Below, one piece after another: positions 41,175-54,426 of a DNA stretch of 64,000 nucleotides (position 1 is the first letter of the stretch; every line of letters begins with the position of its first letter). Source of the DNA: Octopus sinensis (Eukaryota). The notes beneath the pieces are model-generated. The model saw nothing but the letters and a program-made list of their open reading frames with translations, was not told the DNA's origin and did no database searches. The position numbers were made by a program, and so were the translations under genes. The stretch covers positions 30,566,001-30,630,000 of the forward strand of contig NC_043013.1 in the NCBI RefSeq assembly GCF_006345805.1, in the 5' to 3' direction.

Positions 41175-41179
<5 letters not shown>
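40609..41179 (+). mobile_element. HHR-containing partial-tandem insertion (403-bp period, ~1.4 units), retrozyme- or PLE-like, in (TA)n
   Basis: 168-bp direct repeats 40609-40776 and 41012-41179 (2 substitutions, no indels), separated by a 235-bp unique segment that ends in an intact hammerhead. Confidence 0.85.
40937..41009 (+). ncRNA. Type-I hammerhead ribozyme, intact core (predicted cleavage after GUA at 41004)
   Basis: Stem I TCTTA/TAAGA; CTGAAGA at 40942-40948; stem II GCCAG/TTGGC with a 34-nt insert holding an AT hairpin; GAA; palindromic stem III ACTGCAGT at 40996-41003; H17=A. Confidence 0.85.
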
Positions 41180-41251
<72 letters not shown>

Positions 41252-41284
41252 ATATATATATATCTACAAATATACATATATATA

Positions 41285-42494
41285 CAATGTGCGTAAGATA
41301 GTTGAGGACAAATATTTTGGGCTCATTCCTGCATTTTTTCATAACTGTATAATCTTTGTTTCAGAAAATAATAATGGCAGACCCTCGGCGTACTCAAGTA
41401 ATGAAAAGGCATGCTGCTATTGTGGTTATAAAAGCTGAGCATAGCAATTAACTAATATCTGAATTTTTAAAAGTTGCCAAATCTTTCGTCTACAAATTTT
41501 GTAAGGGGCCAGGTACTGAAGATGGTAAATTATCACCAGTATCAACGCCTAAAAAGCGTTCTAAACGATTTGAAACAGCTGAATTGATCCAGCAAGTTCA
41601 ACAGACCATGATTAAAATCCGAGAAAATCCATGAGGTCAAATGGAAAAGATCTCCATGTGTCAGAACGAAGATATGAAATATAGGTTTTATATGATGATG
41701 AAAGGTCAATTTGTGAGAAAAAGCAAAAGAAAATCACGAAAAAATCCAGCAGAAGATGATTTGATTCGGTTTTTCTCAAACGCGAAAATCGTCGATAAAA
41801 GTTCAAAAACGTAAAATAAAAAATGACAGGTGGTTGGGTGCAGACCCTTCTGAAGTTCCAAACATTATGCATACAACATTGTATGTAGCTGTCATAGTTT
41901 AAGGAGTTGTCAGCAATGAAAACATGTCATGCCATCTTACTTGTTTGCACAAGGCCTTAGATTTAACTCTGCCTCCTACATTGCGATCCAGTAAATAATC
42001 AATAGACAGTGTATGCAATGGAAGGCCATATGTGTTTCAGTAAGACTCTGCACTATCACACATGGCTCTAGTAACACAGGAATGAATGGCTGAAATTTTC
42101 CATGATCACACAACTCCTAACATTTGGCCTCCTAATTACCCAGATCTCAATCAATTGGACTATTACACGTGGAGCGTTGTTGAGCAAGATGCGAATTAAA
42201 ACGCCCATAACACCAAAGAGTCTTTGAAAGTTGCCACAGTCAGAGTAATGCCCAAAACGAAACAGGACCACTTGATTCGAGCATGTAGAATCTACATTGT
42301 AGATGGTCTCATATAGAAGCACTTGTTGAAGCTGAAGGCGGATTTATTAAATACCATTATCGAAAAGAGGGTTTATTTTTATCCTCATAGCAATATTTTG
42401 ATAATGTTATTTTGATATATAAAATTATCACTTATTTTATATCTGTTTTTTTTTTATAAACATAAATCTCTCCTGAAGTACCTTACGCACCCTG
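41285..42494 (+). mobile_element. Tc1/mariner superfamily DD37D (maT) transposon, full length (1210 bp), defective
   Basis: TIRs caatgtgcgtaagatagttgagga / reverse complement cagggtgcgtaaggtacttcagga with TA flanks. Transposase starts at ATG 41374 (MADPRRTQVMKRHAAIV). FFSNAK, Q*DSALSH...WPPNYPDLNQLDYY has exactly 37 residues between D (42044) and D (42158). Confidence 0.9.
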
Positions 42495-42502
42495 TATATA
42501 TG

Positions 42503-42603
<101 letters not shown>

Positions 42604-42619
42604 GTATGTATATATATAT

Positions 42620-42848
42620 ATATATATATAATATATATATGTAATATAATATATATATGTGTGCGCGTGTGTGTACACACATACGCACAAACACACACAC
42701 ACATATATATATATATATGTATGAATATGTATATATATATATATATATAATATATATATGTAATATAATATATATATGTGTGCGCGTGTGTGTACACACA
42801 TACGCACAAACACACACACACATATATATATATATATGTATGAATATG

Positions 42849-42855
<7 letters not shown>
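42620..42855. repeat. 119-bp tandem duplication of microsatellite-rich sequence
   Basis: gtgcgcgtgtgtgtacacacatacgcacaaac occurs at 42661 and 42780, with identical surrounding interruptions. Confidence 0.85.
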
Positions 42856-42910
<55 letters not shown>

Positions 42911-43123
42911 AATATGTATATAAGTATGTGTGTGTATGTAATGTGTAGATAACGGAAAATATCAGAAGAAAAATGTTTTAAGATTTAAGAAACACTTCTA
43001 ACTTGCCTTCTATATTTCGTTCAAACTAATGTGATATTACAACATCGTTATCGAAATTTTATGACTCTCTTAACAATCCTCTCCGACCTCATACGTTTTA
43101 TCTCTCTCTCACTCTCTTTCCCC

Positions 43124-43165
<42 letters not shown>

Positions 43166-44265
43166 CTGTCTGTCTATCTCTCTGTCAGTCTCTCTCTCTC
43201 TTAAACACAATCTCAATCGATTTTTACTGTCCAATCTTTTTATCTTATCACGCTTTCTATTTCTTTTGTAATCTCTCCTTCACCCTCTTACTCTTCAACA
43301 AAATCATTTCCTATTTTTCATGCACATTTACTCTTGTTTTAATTATTCTCTTTTCATATTCATTGTTTCTTTTAAATTTTCAATGTATTCTTGCTCTGTC
43401 TCTGTTCTTCAACGATACTTGCCTGCTTATTTTGCTTGGAAGTAGATAGTGTAACCCTTTCCCAACACCATGGACCGCTCGTCGTTTTATTCAAAATTAT
43501 TTCCTTTGAGATTAAGGATTATACTGCTTTCCGTTATAGTTTCGTTTATTTTCAAATGTCACGAGCCACGCTCCCCCGGTTATAAATGTTAATTTTGTTA
43601 TTTGCCAAATAATCTTCTCTGCACCATTTAAAGACATTTAAAAACCATAGTATCTTTCCAAAATTTCACCTCTGTTTACTGATCAGCTATGGCAAATCGA
43701 AGTAAATGCTGTTAATTTTCCAGGCTTACCACAGAACTATATTTTCAAGTGCCTTTGATAATCGAGTATTGTCTCTATCTTGCTGTGTAAGAATGTATGC
43801 AAGCGAATCCTTTATGTAGATATCAATATATATATTTAAATGTAAATGTATGTGTGTGTATATGTGTATGAACCTGCGTGTTTTATGCGTGCGTGTGTGT
43901 GTAAATGATGAATAATTTGAGATTGTATATTGAAAGAAACCATCACGAAATCTGGAATGAGGTTTTTCAAAACTATAACATGTATATTTGTTTTTAATTG
44001 TTTAGAATTTTAACTCTGTATTTAAGGGCCCAAAGGGGCATAAAATATTTTAAACTGGTATATCGTTTATATTTTGAAATGCACACTATATATCTTTATT
44101 ATCACATTACAACACCTGATATTCCTGGTTTTTCCCTAGCATATCAACTCTTCAAAATTGTAAAGCTACTAATAAATTTCCATTTCTTCTCAGATTATTT
44201 CGGAAAATATTCGACTCAGTCGTAATCTCCAAGATCCAGATTGCATCTCCACTACGCTTAAAGCT

Positions 44266-45200
44266 ATGAAGCTTTCCAAAATTAAACAAGGGAATATTCT
44301 TGCACAGAAAGCAGAAGGAATGTGTATCCAGAAGATTACCGAAAAGATTCCGCGAAGCAGAACCCCGGTGGACAATTTTCTGAAAGATCCTGACGGCTAC
44401 AACAGGGTTCATGCAGGTGGACGTTCCAAGGCAACATCAGAAAAGGACGGAAGGACCATTGTCAGAGCTGTGAAGAAGTCACGCCTCTCTTAAGTTTTTT
44501 AAATCAAGACATCAACAGGAGTAGGCGTCTCGACATCCAACGCGCGAAGAGTGATTTTGAACTATGATTTCCACCTAAAGAAGCAGCTCGGGCGTCAGTT
44601 ATTGTCCGCTTCCCACAAAGCTATTAGATTGCATTTTGCTCGGCAGCATTAGATGTGGAATGGTGAATACACTAATGTTCTGTTGTCTGATGAGAAAAAA
44701 TATAATTTGCATGGCGCCGATGTTTATAAGTATTACTGTGTAAGATGAATGCATACAAAATTCTATTCATTCCAAGTGAAAGAACAGTGTGGGTGGTTTT
44801 ATGGTGTGGAGCGGGGTCTACCACTTGTCATCATGGATGGCCATTTCAATACTGCATGATACATCGATATGTTGGATGGGGCTCACATTATCGAAGAAGG
44901 AAGATGTCATGGCGAGAACGTTATAATTCAACAAGTGAAAAGCAGATGCAGAAGTAATTTTGGATTTCCTGCTTGGAATTGGGGTTAAAGTGATGCCGAC
45001 CCTAATCCTAAAGAGAATGCCTAGCGATATCAAACGAATGTTGTGTACCACAAAAGCAAGCAGTATTCATCTGTTGATGAACTTCAAACAGTAATAAAGA
45101 ATGCCTGGGAAGAGCTTCTTTCCACTTGATCTGCTGCGTAAGTAGATTGAGAACATGAACTTGTGTGTCTTAGAAGTAATTCAGAAAGGTAGTGTCCCTG
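44266..45200 (+). mobile_element. Tc1/Tc3-like transposase remnant
   Basis: N-terminal HTH region ..RSRTPVDNFLKDPDGYN..GGRSKATSEKDGRTIVR; LLSDEKKYNLHGAD (44686-44700) equivalent to FSDEKKFNLDGPD; many lesions; TIRs not found. Confidence 0.75.
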
Positions 45201-48067
45201 TTTCGCATCATTTTAGCAACATTATACAACCTGGCGTTAAAGTTTTGAACATGGTGTTTCTGGTTCTGCGCGTTTTTTTCTTTTTAATTATCATCTAATA
45301 TATTTAGGGATTTCAATAAAGTTGAATATTGCAATGCCTTCCTCTATTCCATTTCCTATCTAGAGCTGAGTTTCATGAATTTCGGCAGTATAATTCGCCA
45401 GAATGTAACAACATACACTTCTCTGGCTTTATAGATCTGAAAAGCAGATTAATTGGGCGTGAACTTTTATATTTGCAGTAAAGCAGCAAGGGTATCTCAT
45501 ACCATCTATATTCACGGAAATACGTGGATTTAGTATGTTTGAATTATTTATAATGACTGAAATAAACATTTTATATATTTCATATATGTATAATTTAGTA
45601 TATGACATTTGAAATGCATACACAATCTTCTTGGCATTATTTTGCAATTGTAGGTGACAGGAAACGGCTTTTATATGAGACTGAATGTAGGAAGTAAAGT
45701 ACTTACAGTTAGGGAGACAAATATTAACAACACATCAACCCACAAAGTTTGTTAACTTCAATTAATCATTATTATTTCTTGTCAAAGTTTCGTCTGACTA
45801 GCACACAATTTGTCCCTGACACAGTTCTAGGGTAACTATGTTGAAATTAAGCTGTTAGCCAGTATATATTGATCTCAGTGCTTTAAATATATAATTTATT
45901 TTATTATTATACAAGAAAGTCAATGTAATCAATGTCGCTTATATGAGAAACATGCAGCCAAAAGTCAGAGATATGAGCGAGGCAATTTCGGTTCCATTTT
46001 AGAGTGTGATATCTTTAATGCTGATATGAGATGATTGCTGTAACGCCCTACTCTCTGACAAGCAGACAACTAACATTTCTATTATAACCAACAGTGAAAT
46101 TCGTCCCTGATATATCGCTTTCGGAAAGATAACAAACTTTGGCTCATATGCATGTTTGTGTTAATGATGGTATCAATCACAGAATACCTAATTTAATTAT
46201 ATTTCATCCATTTTAGGTTCCTTGAATGAGATAGAGGCGGATGTATGAGATTGTACAGAGGTTCTTCAGAGCAGGGAGCACAAATGCAACAACAAATATA
46301 TTGTCAGTAAAAACATCATTGGTTGTAATATTTGAGAGTGATGTGTTATTTAAGAATGCTCTTGATGAACTCAGTTTTTCCAAGCGCTCATTTGTTCCAA
46401 GTTCTAACTTGTTTGGTTTAGGTAAGACTATCATTCTTCAGTTACTGTTTGAATAATACAAGACGGAGATAGGAAAGAATGCGGATAGGATTGGAGCAGA
46501 CGTAGGCAAGACCATTCAAACAAACACAATATTAAGGGTGTTATCACACACACTGTCAATGCTACCAGACAAAAGCAAATAAGTAGCTGCATTTTCAAGC
46601 TTAAAAATAAATGTTAGAAACAGGTGAAATAGAATGCAACTGGGGTTGGAAATTCTGGAACATCGCTAGCATTCTCTTGTTATGATGGTGAAACTGGCTT
46701 TTTAAAAGAAAACCTAACAGCCAATGCACTTTCTCTATGTCGGTAATACCAGTCGCACGAACTGGTCAGATTAGTGAAGAACATACGATGATTGTCATAA
46801 CACACGTGGCTAACTCTATTCATAATAGCATACAATAACTATACTCTACCCCGCTTGGCACCTCTGAAAGATGTTATCCTTTCTAGATGCAATGTTGTGA
46901 ATAGATGTAACGATCAACACAGTAATGAATCCCCTCATAGTCCACTCACATTATGGCGGACCCTCCTGTTATATGAATAGACTGAGTTATTTCGGAAACT
47001 GTCAAAAGTAACACTCTAATAGTAGATTTAGTCAGAGCGGTAAGAAATGGGTCCCCGAATGCCAACTGCAAGTACTCCAAAAATACACACACGCACACAC
47101 CAGTCAACATCTTAAAATCAATCATTTGGCTATTCGAAAATGAAAAAGAAAGAAATAGAAACAAGAATCTTAGAAAGGCAAAGAACAGGAGTGAAAGCCT
47201 TCTAAAAACATTATGTAGATAGAGTATAGCCCTTATACCACCAAAAGTTCTTTCACAGCGCGCGCAAGAATACTCATGTGACAAAAGTATACTTGACAGT
47301 GTTTTGTTTGTTGATGTAACACCAAATAATTGAATGTGCTTGTAAATTTATGGAAATTCCAGAAGTTAGTATCAACATCAAGGGTGTCGAAATGACAAAC
47401 AGATTGATTAAATTTCTTATCTGTATGTTTTACTTATTTGAAGTTATTGCCCTTAGTGACAGAAACATTGAAGTGAGGGAGAGAAGGGGAGAGAGAAAGA
47501 GAGCATATACCAGACCCATGAATTTCGACTAAAAACAAAAATGAACTGAACTATAATGGGCACTAGGTGATGACAAACAGGATAACTGGCCTTTAAAGAT
47601 GAGAGGAAAAGTATATGTAAATCCCCAGGGCCTCCTCGCCAAAAAGGTTGCAGTGGTACTGTGTTCCAGTCAGGTGTCAAGTAGAGGCATGTAAGTTTTT
47701 ACATTAGTAGTTAGCAGCCTTTGTGTTTATGAATCTCTAATACGTGTCTTTCAAGTTATAATTGTTCTCTTTTATGTATCATAGTAAAATATACTGTGAA
47801 CGTATATTGAATAAAATTTCTATACTGTGATATGTATTCATAAATATAATTATATATATGATATAATATGATGATATTTACAGGAACTATTATGGCAGTG
47901 CTGCATAGATTATTGCCAATTTATATTATTTTTTTGCAAAAAGAACTTTCATGAGGCACACGCATGGGAATATATCATGTACAGTCGCAAGTCTTTATGA
48001 AATATCTGCAATAAATGTGATGTCGATGCATTTAATTAACACCATATATACATACATACATAATACA

Positions 48068-48107
<40 letters not shown>

Positions 48108-48114
48108 TATATAT

Positions 48115-48174
<60 letters not shown>

Positions 48175-49390
48175 TGTGTATATGTAGGCATATACAAACA
48201 TGGACACATACACGCACAAACACAGATATATACTTAATCTTATACTAAGAATATTCTTCTTTGCGTACGTGCGTATGTGTATGTCAGTCTGTCTGATGTC
48301 TATGCATCTGTGTATTTCCTTCAAGGCGCATTTGTTTGTGCGGTGGAGTGCATGTATGAATGTGTGTCGACGAAATATCTTTCATGGAAGTCTGCAGTCG
48401 CTAAACCGCTGGGTCGAACATAACTATTTTCTTGTATCCGTTGCTTCTCCTATCACACTTCCTTTCATAATTTTTTGTATGCCAGTGATTCACCTTCATA
48501 CGTAGCTTATAATGAACAAAACTGTTTTCCATAATATATATGATAATTTAAAATTAGAATGTCTGTTGTCTAAATACACATTTTTTTATACATTTACTGT
48601 AAAACTACGTTGTAGAATTTGAAATATGCATGAGATTTCGAAATTCAAATTGCTATCATTTAATATGAAATGTTTTTTAAAGATAATAAACATAACGCAT
48701 TAACTATGATCTAAAATACCGAGTAATACATAATAAACGTTGTTTACTAATATAATGTTATGAGAAAAATCTAGGGTATAGTCATTTTATACATAATGGT
48801 TTATTTGCAAATAGTTAAACCTCAACTTTACAATTTCCTGTCTAGCGAAATGATTGGTGTTCAGTTGTTCGATTCATGCTGTTCTATACATTTATATTTT
48901 TGTGCAAGATAATTATTTCCAGCTGTTTGAAGCGCTGGTTCCTCTCAGAGGTGATGTATTTCCACTTGATTCGGCTATTCACCAATTATTCCACCTCAGA
49001 CTTTTAAATGTTTAGTCAGTTCAAATCCCACCTAATCCAATTTCGCCTTTCGAAGCTTTGGGAGCTTTAAAATGAAATACCATTGCAGAGTAGTAAATTG
49101 GTTACGTTATTAAGTCTCTCGGAAGGTTTTTTTCGTAGCGGTATTTGTTCCTTCAATTTTGTGTTCTGATTTCTTGGTTGGCAAATAATATGTCACCCAT
49201 TTTGACGTCAATGCCTGCTGCACAGATACTGACAGTAGCAATATTTCCTGTTTGCGTTCCTAGCTGACCATAATGTCGCTCCCCTATATCCCGTTCTGAA
49301 ATCCCTGCACTAAATAAAGAGCCAGGAGCACTATATCGCTTTTCCGTGACTACATGGCAATATGAAAGCAAGCATATATGCATACATATA

Positions 49391-49620
49391 CAGGATTGGC
49401 CAGAAGTCATCCGACAGTAAATCAAGATTCCATAAATACTGCCTGTATTTCTGTATTGACTCGAATGGGAAAATGTGTCGCTCAAAAGACTTCAGTTTGA
49501 AGAATTTTCCTGGTGTTTCATGTTTAGATGCTTTTATTAAATCCATTTAGCTGTTAAACATAAACAATCTTGGAATTAAATGGTTTTGATTTACTGTAAC
49601 GTGACATTTGGCCAACCCTG
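49391..49620. mobile_element. Tc1/mariner-type MITE (230 bp, ~35-bp TIRs, TA TSD)
   Basis: ta|caggattggccagaagtcatccgacagtaaatcaa ... ttgatttactgtaacgtgacatttggccaaccctg|ta. Confidence 0.8.
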
Positions 49621-49668
49621 TATAAAGCGATGAGAGCCATAAAATGGAATATCACGATATACTTTAAT

Positions 49669-49779
49669 AAAATCACAACGATCGTTTCGACTTGTCATGT
49701 GCCTTTCCTTTACAAGTGAGAGGCTATACAATCAACTGGCATTCATTATATGCGCAGATGCGGCTCCTCAGGTGATTTT
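49669..49779 (-). ncRNA. Type-I hammerhead ribozyme, intact core, 70-nt loop II (predicted cleavage after GUU, plus-strand position 49677)
   Basis: Minus strand: stem I AAAATCAC/GTGATTTT (8 bp perfect); CTGAGGA; stem II GCC/GTC (G-C, C.U mismatch, C-G); GAA; palindrome ACGATCGT; H17=U. Confidence 0.75.
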
Positions 49780-49904
49780 CAAATAGGTACCTCGTTTAAA
49801 CTTGCCGTTTCGCTTATTTTTATAACACCATATTTTCGATACTATACCATTCCTTCGTCACCCAAAGGACCTGAGATAGAATGAAGTATCCTTCTCATAT
49901 GAAA

Positions 49905-50330
49905 GAAGAATTATATCCGCGATTACTTTTAGACTCGTTCAAAATACGGACCAGAATCTTTCCTGCACTTCGTAACAGGGATGTTCTCCTTTGTTGTTAT
50001 GAATGGTAACATTATTGAATATCTGGGGCCAGGTGGCATTTCCACATATATCCAAATTTTGAGCAGGAGTTGATGGGGTTTTTGATGTATGGAAGTCCCT
50101 ACTGATCTGAAGGTCACAGCTGGTATTTCAACTGGTCCTGTTGCTTTCTTATTTTTTAAGCCTTCGGTAGCTTACCTGAGTTCATCTAGACTTGTCGACA
50201 TGCTGAAGGAATGCTCTACTGGTTGTTTTAGGATCTTGTTTATTACATGTTTGCCAAATGTGACGTGTTGGTTCAGAAAATCCTTAAAAAATTGTTTCTT
50301 CTGGTGTTTAGAGCAACATAGGATTTAAAA
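49905..50330 (-). mobile_element. RTE-clade LINE RT N-terminal remnant
   Basis: SLDELR*ATEGLKNKKATGPVEIPAVTFRSVG..HQLLLKIW resembles the RTE consensus LKN.KA.GPD.IPAE.FK.GG..L..L...IW. Confidence 0.6.
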
Positions 50331-51221
50331 TTTTGCGAACATCTTTGCTTTAGAGGGCCAAAGATGACCGTAAAAATATTGAAAGGCCAAAGATGACCTT
50401 AAAAGTATTTAAGAAGCGCTGTGTATCGTTGGTACCAGCTAGATCTTTAATTTCATGACAATCAATTTTGCGTTGGCGGTTTGGTGCTTTTTATGTAGCG
50501 TTATCTATGTTTTACGTGTACTCATATTATTATGTTCCTCTACACCATTCTTTGAAACGTGATACGTTATCTCAGAATCTAGGCATGATGTCCCAAACGT
50601 TGTGTTAGACACAAAATCAAAACAAGAAAAATTCTAAACTTTACAGTTTATTTAACTTATGTTAAACAATATTTTCACTCAGATGCAGTTGTCCAAAGAA
50701 CAATTCCACATTCCTTCGTATTACAAGAAAGTACTGAAAATTTTAAATACTGAACGAGAAGTAAATCTTCCAAAAAATCCATTATTTGATTATTGGAATA
50801 TAATAAAATAAATATAGAAATTAATTAGGAAATATATGAAATGAAGATGTGGTTACAATGATATGAAGTGGTGAAATTACTCCACGCATACAGCTATTCT
50901 TTACGACAGAAAGTAAAAGTAAATTTACTCGGCAATTGAAATTTAATTGAATGAATCTTAAATAACTTAAATTAAATAAATCGGCGATGCTTAAATACAT
51001 TGTTTATAATTCCACTTGAATTTCAATTAGGAAAATTTACAAACTCTACAGATTAACAAAGATAATTATGGATTATTGCATTAAAACCAAGACACGCGAA
51101 AATAGATGCATGCCATAATGTTTTCGTTAGCGTTTCTTGGAAACATATATTCTAAGGTACATCCATAAACATGCATATGCATACACCTATAATTTTCATA
51201 AGTATACATACTTGCATACAT

Positions 51222-51249
<28 letters not shown>

Positions 51250-51255
<6 letters not shown>

Positions 51256-51298
51256 ATAGCTATGTAGAGAAAGAGAGAGAGAGAGACAGATAGATAGA

Positions 51299-51342
<44 letters not shown>

Positions 51343-51586
51343 TATACATATATGCATGTAGATATATAGATGTATATATATACGTATATATAGATAGATA
51401 AACAGATAGATATATAGGACAGTTAGATAGATATGTAAATGTACACATATTTGTTTGTGCATTTTAAATATAAATATACGGCTCATACTTTAATTACCAT
51501 CTGTGCGTGTAATCTAATAAATGTACTGTTTCAGTTACACACACACATGCGCTTCCACACACATACATGTCTATAGTATGTATATA

Positions 51587-51620
<34 letters not shown>

Positions 51621-51674
51621 TATATATATATATAGCTATGTAGAGAAAGAGAGAGAGAGAGACAGATAGATAGA

Positions 51675-51716
<42 letters not shown>

Positions 51717-51964
51717 TATACATATATGCATGTAGATATATAGATGTATATATATACGTATATATATATAGATAGATAAACAGATAGATATATAGGACAG
51801 TTAGATAGATATGTAAATGTACACATATTTGTTTGTGCATTTTAAATATAAATATACGGCTCATACTTTAATTACCATCTGTGCGTGTAATCTAATAAAT
51901 GTACTGTTTCAGTTACACACACACATGCGCTTCCACACACATACATGTCTATAGTATGTATATA

Positions 51965-52000
<36 letters not shown>
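51250..52000. repeat. 378-bp tandem duplication (two copies)
   Basis: Unique parts are identical (gctcatactttaattaccatc at 51481 and 51859); the copies differ only in TA tract lengths. Confidence 0.9.
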
Positions 52001-52011
<11 letters not shown>

Positions 52012-52041
52012 GCATATATATATATACGTTTATATATATAT

Positions 52042-52076
<35 letters not shown>

Positions 52077-52844
52077 TCATCTACCTACTTACATCTCTAC
52101 TTATCTCTCTATATACACATCCCTACATATAGTTAAACACTTAGATATATCCATTTCTACACAAGTTATATACATATGTATGTATGCATATTTAATAATA
52201 TAATACATTTTATATGTTTTTGTGTATGCTTTCGATACCTACACACAATAGTTTGTAAACATCTGCATAAAATACATAAATGTAAACCAGCATCAAATTA
52301 AGGAGGCTTATTGAAGATGTCTCAGACACTTTGGTTCCTTGTCATTCAATGCGAATTAATTTGATACAACAAAATTCTTATCTATTTGGAATGTGTTGTG
52401 GATTGATAAGTATTAATAATTTGATAAACCGATTCTCTTCTCGTAAAGATACGAAAGATAAAGATATATTAATATAATTATTGTAAGTTTTCTTCGCTAC
52501 CTTCCTTGATTTTTCTATATTTTAAAATATATTTTATCTCTTGAATTAAATTTATCTTCCTTAAATTATGATTGGTCCACGCATATTGGTCACAAATTTG
52601 TACGTCTATGTGAAAACGTGTATACGTTTCCATATATAAATTCACACACTCACGCACTCATACACATATGCAGTCAAACTAAAAGTATATATAGGTATGT
52701 GTGACCACATGTACAGAAAAATATATATGTGTGTACGTAATATATACGTGTATATATATAAATACATAGGTATACGCATACATATATGCATATGTATATA
52801 TATATATATATATGCAAATATATAAATATATATACTTGTATATA

Positions 52845-52956
<112 letters not shown>

Positions 52957-53245
52957 ATATATATATGTATATATATATATATAGCAATGCATATATGCAT
53001 ACATACATGCATCTTCGTACAACTCAAGTTTTGGAAACGTTAATATGCACAAAGCCTGTACATCTCAAAATATAGATCTAAATGTCACTCTAGATATAAG
53101 ACTGCGCGAATCAAACTTGTTTCTTATATAATTTTAAGCTACTACTTTCTGTACAATAGAATTTTGTGAACGAAAACTGCTAAATTACTTCTTGCGTATA
53201 TATATATATATATATATGATAGAACGTTAGCCACTACAGACATTT

Positions 53246-53416
53246 CTTCTCTCCTTGATTCTGTCCTTGCTTTTTCTGTGTACCTTTCTGTAGAAGAGTG
53301 TAGGCTCGAAACGTAAAATACTTTTTTCTATTCCTGAAAGTTATATTAATACATCCGTTTGTTACGTACACCACCTGTCTTCGCCTTTTGTTTTTTTTTT
53401 CCCAAACTCTCCCTAT
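53246..53416 (+). mobile_element. Second copy of the HHR-like repeat family of 20366-20521
   Basis: ttt-CTGTAGA(53288-53294)-A-GAGT/gtag/GCTC-GAAAC-GTA(53315)-aaa; shared tail to aaactctccctatata. Confidence 0.75.
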
Positions 53417-53606
53417 ATATGTATATATATATATATATAAGGCCAAAACAATGCGAAGTGTGTTTGTGTGTATTATGTGTATATGTTTTTTGTGTATGTG
53501 CCTGTGTGAACGGAGGTGCGTATGCAGGTAATCGAAAATGTGCTGGTGCTTCACTCATCATCCATTTATACATTTTGTACAATTTCTCCATTATCATATA
53601 TATATA

Positions 53607-53876
53607 GTGACGTATATTTGCCATTTAAATACGGCTAACCCCTAAGGTCGGATGCTACTGTAGTTTGTAGCCCAGGAGGACGCCTCCTCCAGCTGGCTAT
53701 AGACACACTTTCTATGCCCTATCAGTATTTGCAAAGGGAAGCTATCCTTCCCGTCTTCAACTTATGATACACACCGGACACGAGTTTCTGGGTATTGACC
53801 CGTCATCGGCGTGTGCCAATCACAGTTGTCGATGAGAATTAGGTTCCCTTGACAAATACTTAAACCTTTTTTCTAG
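53607..53876. mobile_element. Partial, opposite-orientation copy of the 53910-54428 palindromic element
   Basis: One arm starting gtgacgtatatttgccatt plus the reverse complement of the 114-bp internal segment. Confidence 0.85.
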
Positions 53877-53909
53877 TATCGATAGACACTGATATCGAAA
53901 ACGTGTAAA

Positions 53910-54426
53910 CAAGAAATAAATCTCAGTGCGAGTTATAAACAGTAGCTACAACACACCGTGACGTATATTTGCCATTTAAATACGGCTAACCCCTAAGGGT
54001 GGATGCTACTGTAGTTTGTAGCCCCAGGAGGACACCTGCTCCAGCTGGCTATAGACACACCTTCTCTGCCCTATCAGGATTTGCAAAGGGAAGCCATCCT
54101 TCCCGTCTTCAACTGAAAAAGGTTTATGTATTTGAGAAGGGAACCTACTTTTCATCTACCACATGTGATTGCCACACGCCGATGACGGGTCAATACCCAG
54201 AAACTGGAGTCCGTGTGCATCATAATTTGAAGACGGGAAGGATGGCTCCCCTTTGCAAATACTGATAAGGCAAAGAAAGTGTGTCTATAGCCAGCTAGAG
54301 GAGATGTCTTCCTGGGGCTACAAACTACAGTAGCATCCACCCTTAGGGGTTAGCCGTATTTAAATGGCAAATATACGTCACGATGTGTTTGAGCTACTGT
54401 TTATTACTCGCTCTGAGATTTATTAT

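Noticed and set aside
46217-46421. Apparent exon bounded by ttttag and gtaaga
   Set aside because: All three frames hit stops near the acceptor; the surrounding sequence looks more like a very old RTE remnant; no recognisable protein.
49490-49550. DLIKAS..PGKF read as an RTE RT motif
   Set aside because: Lies inside the 49391-49620 MITE, so the resemblance is probably spurious.
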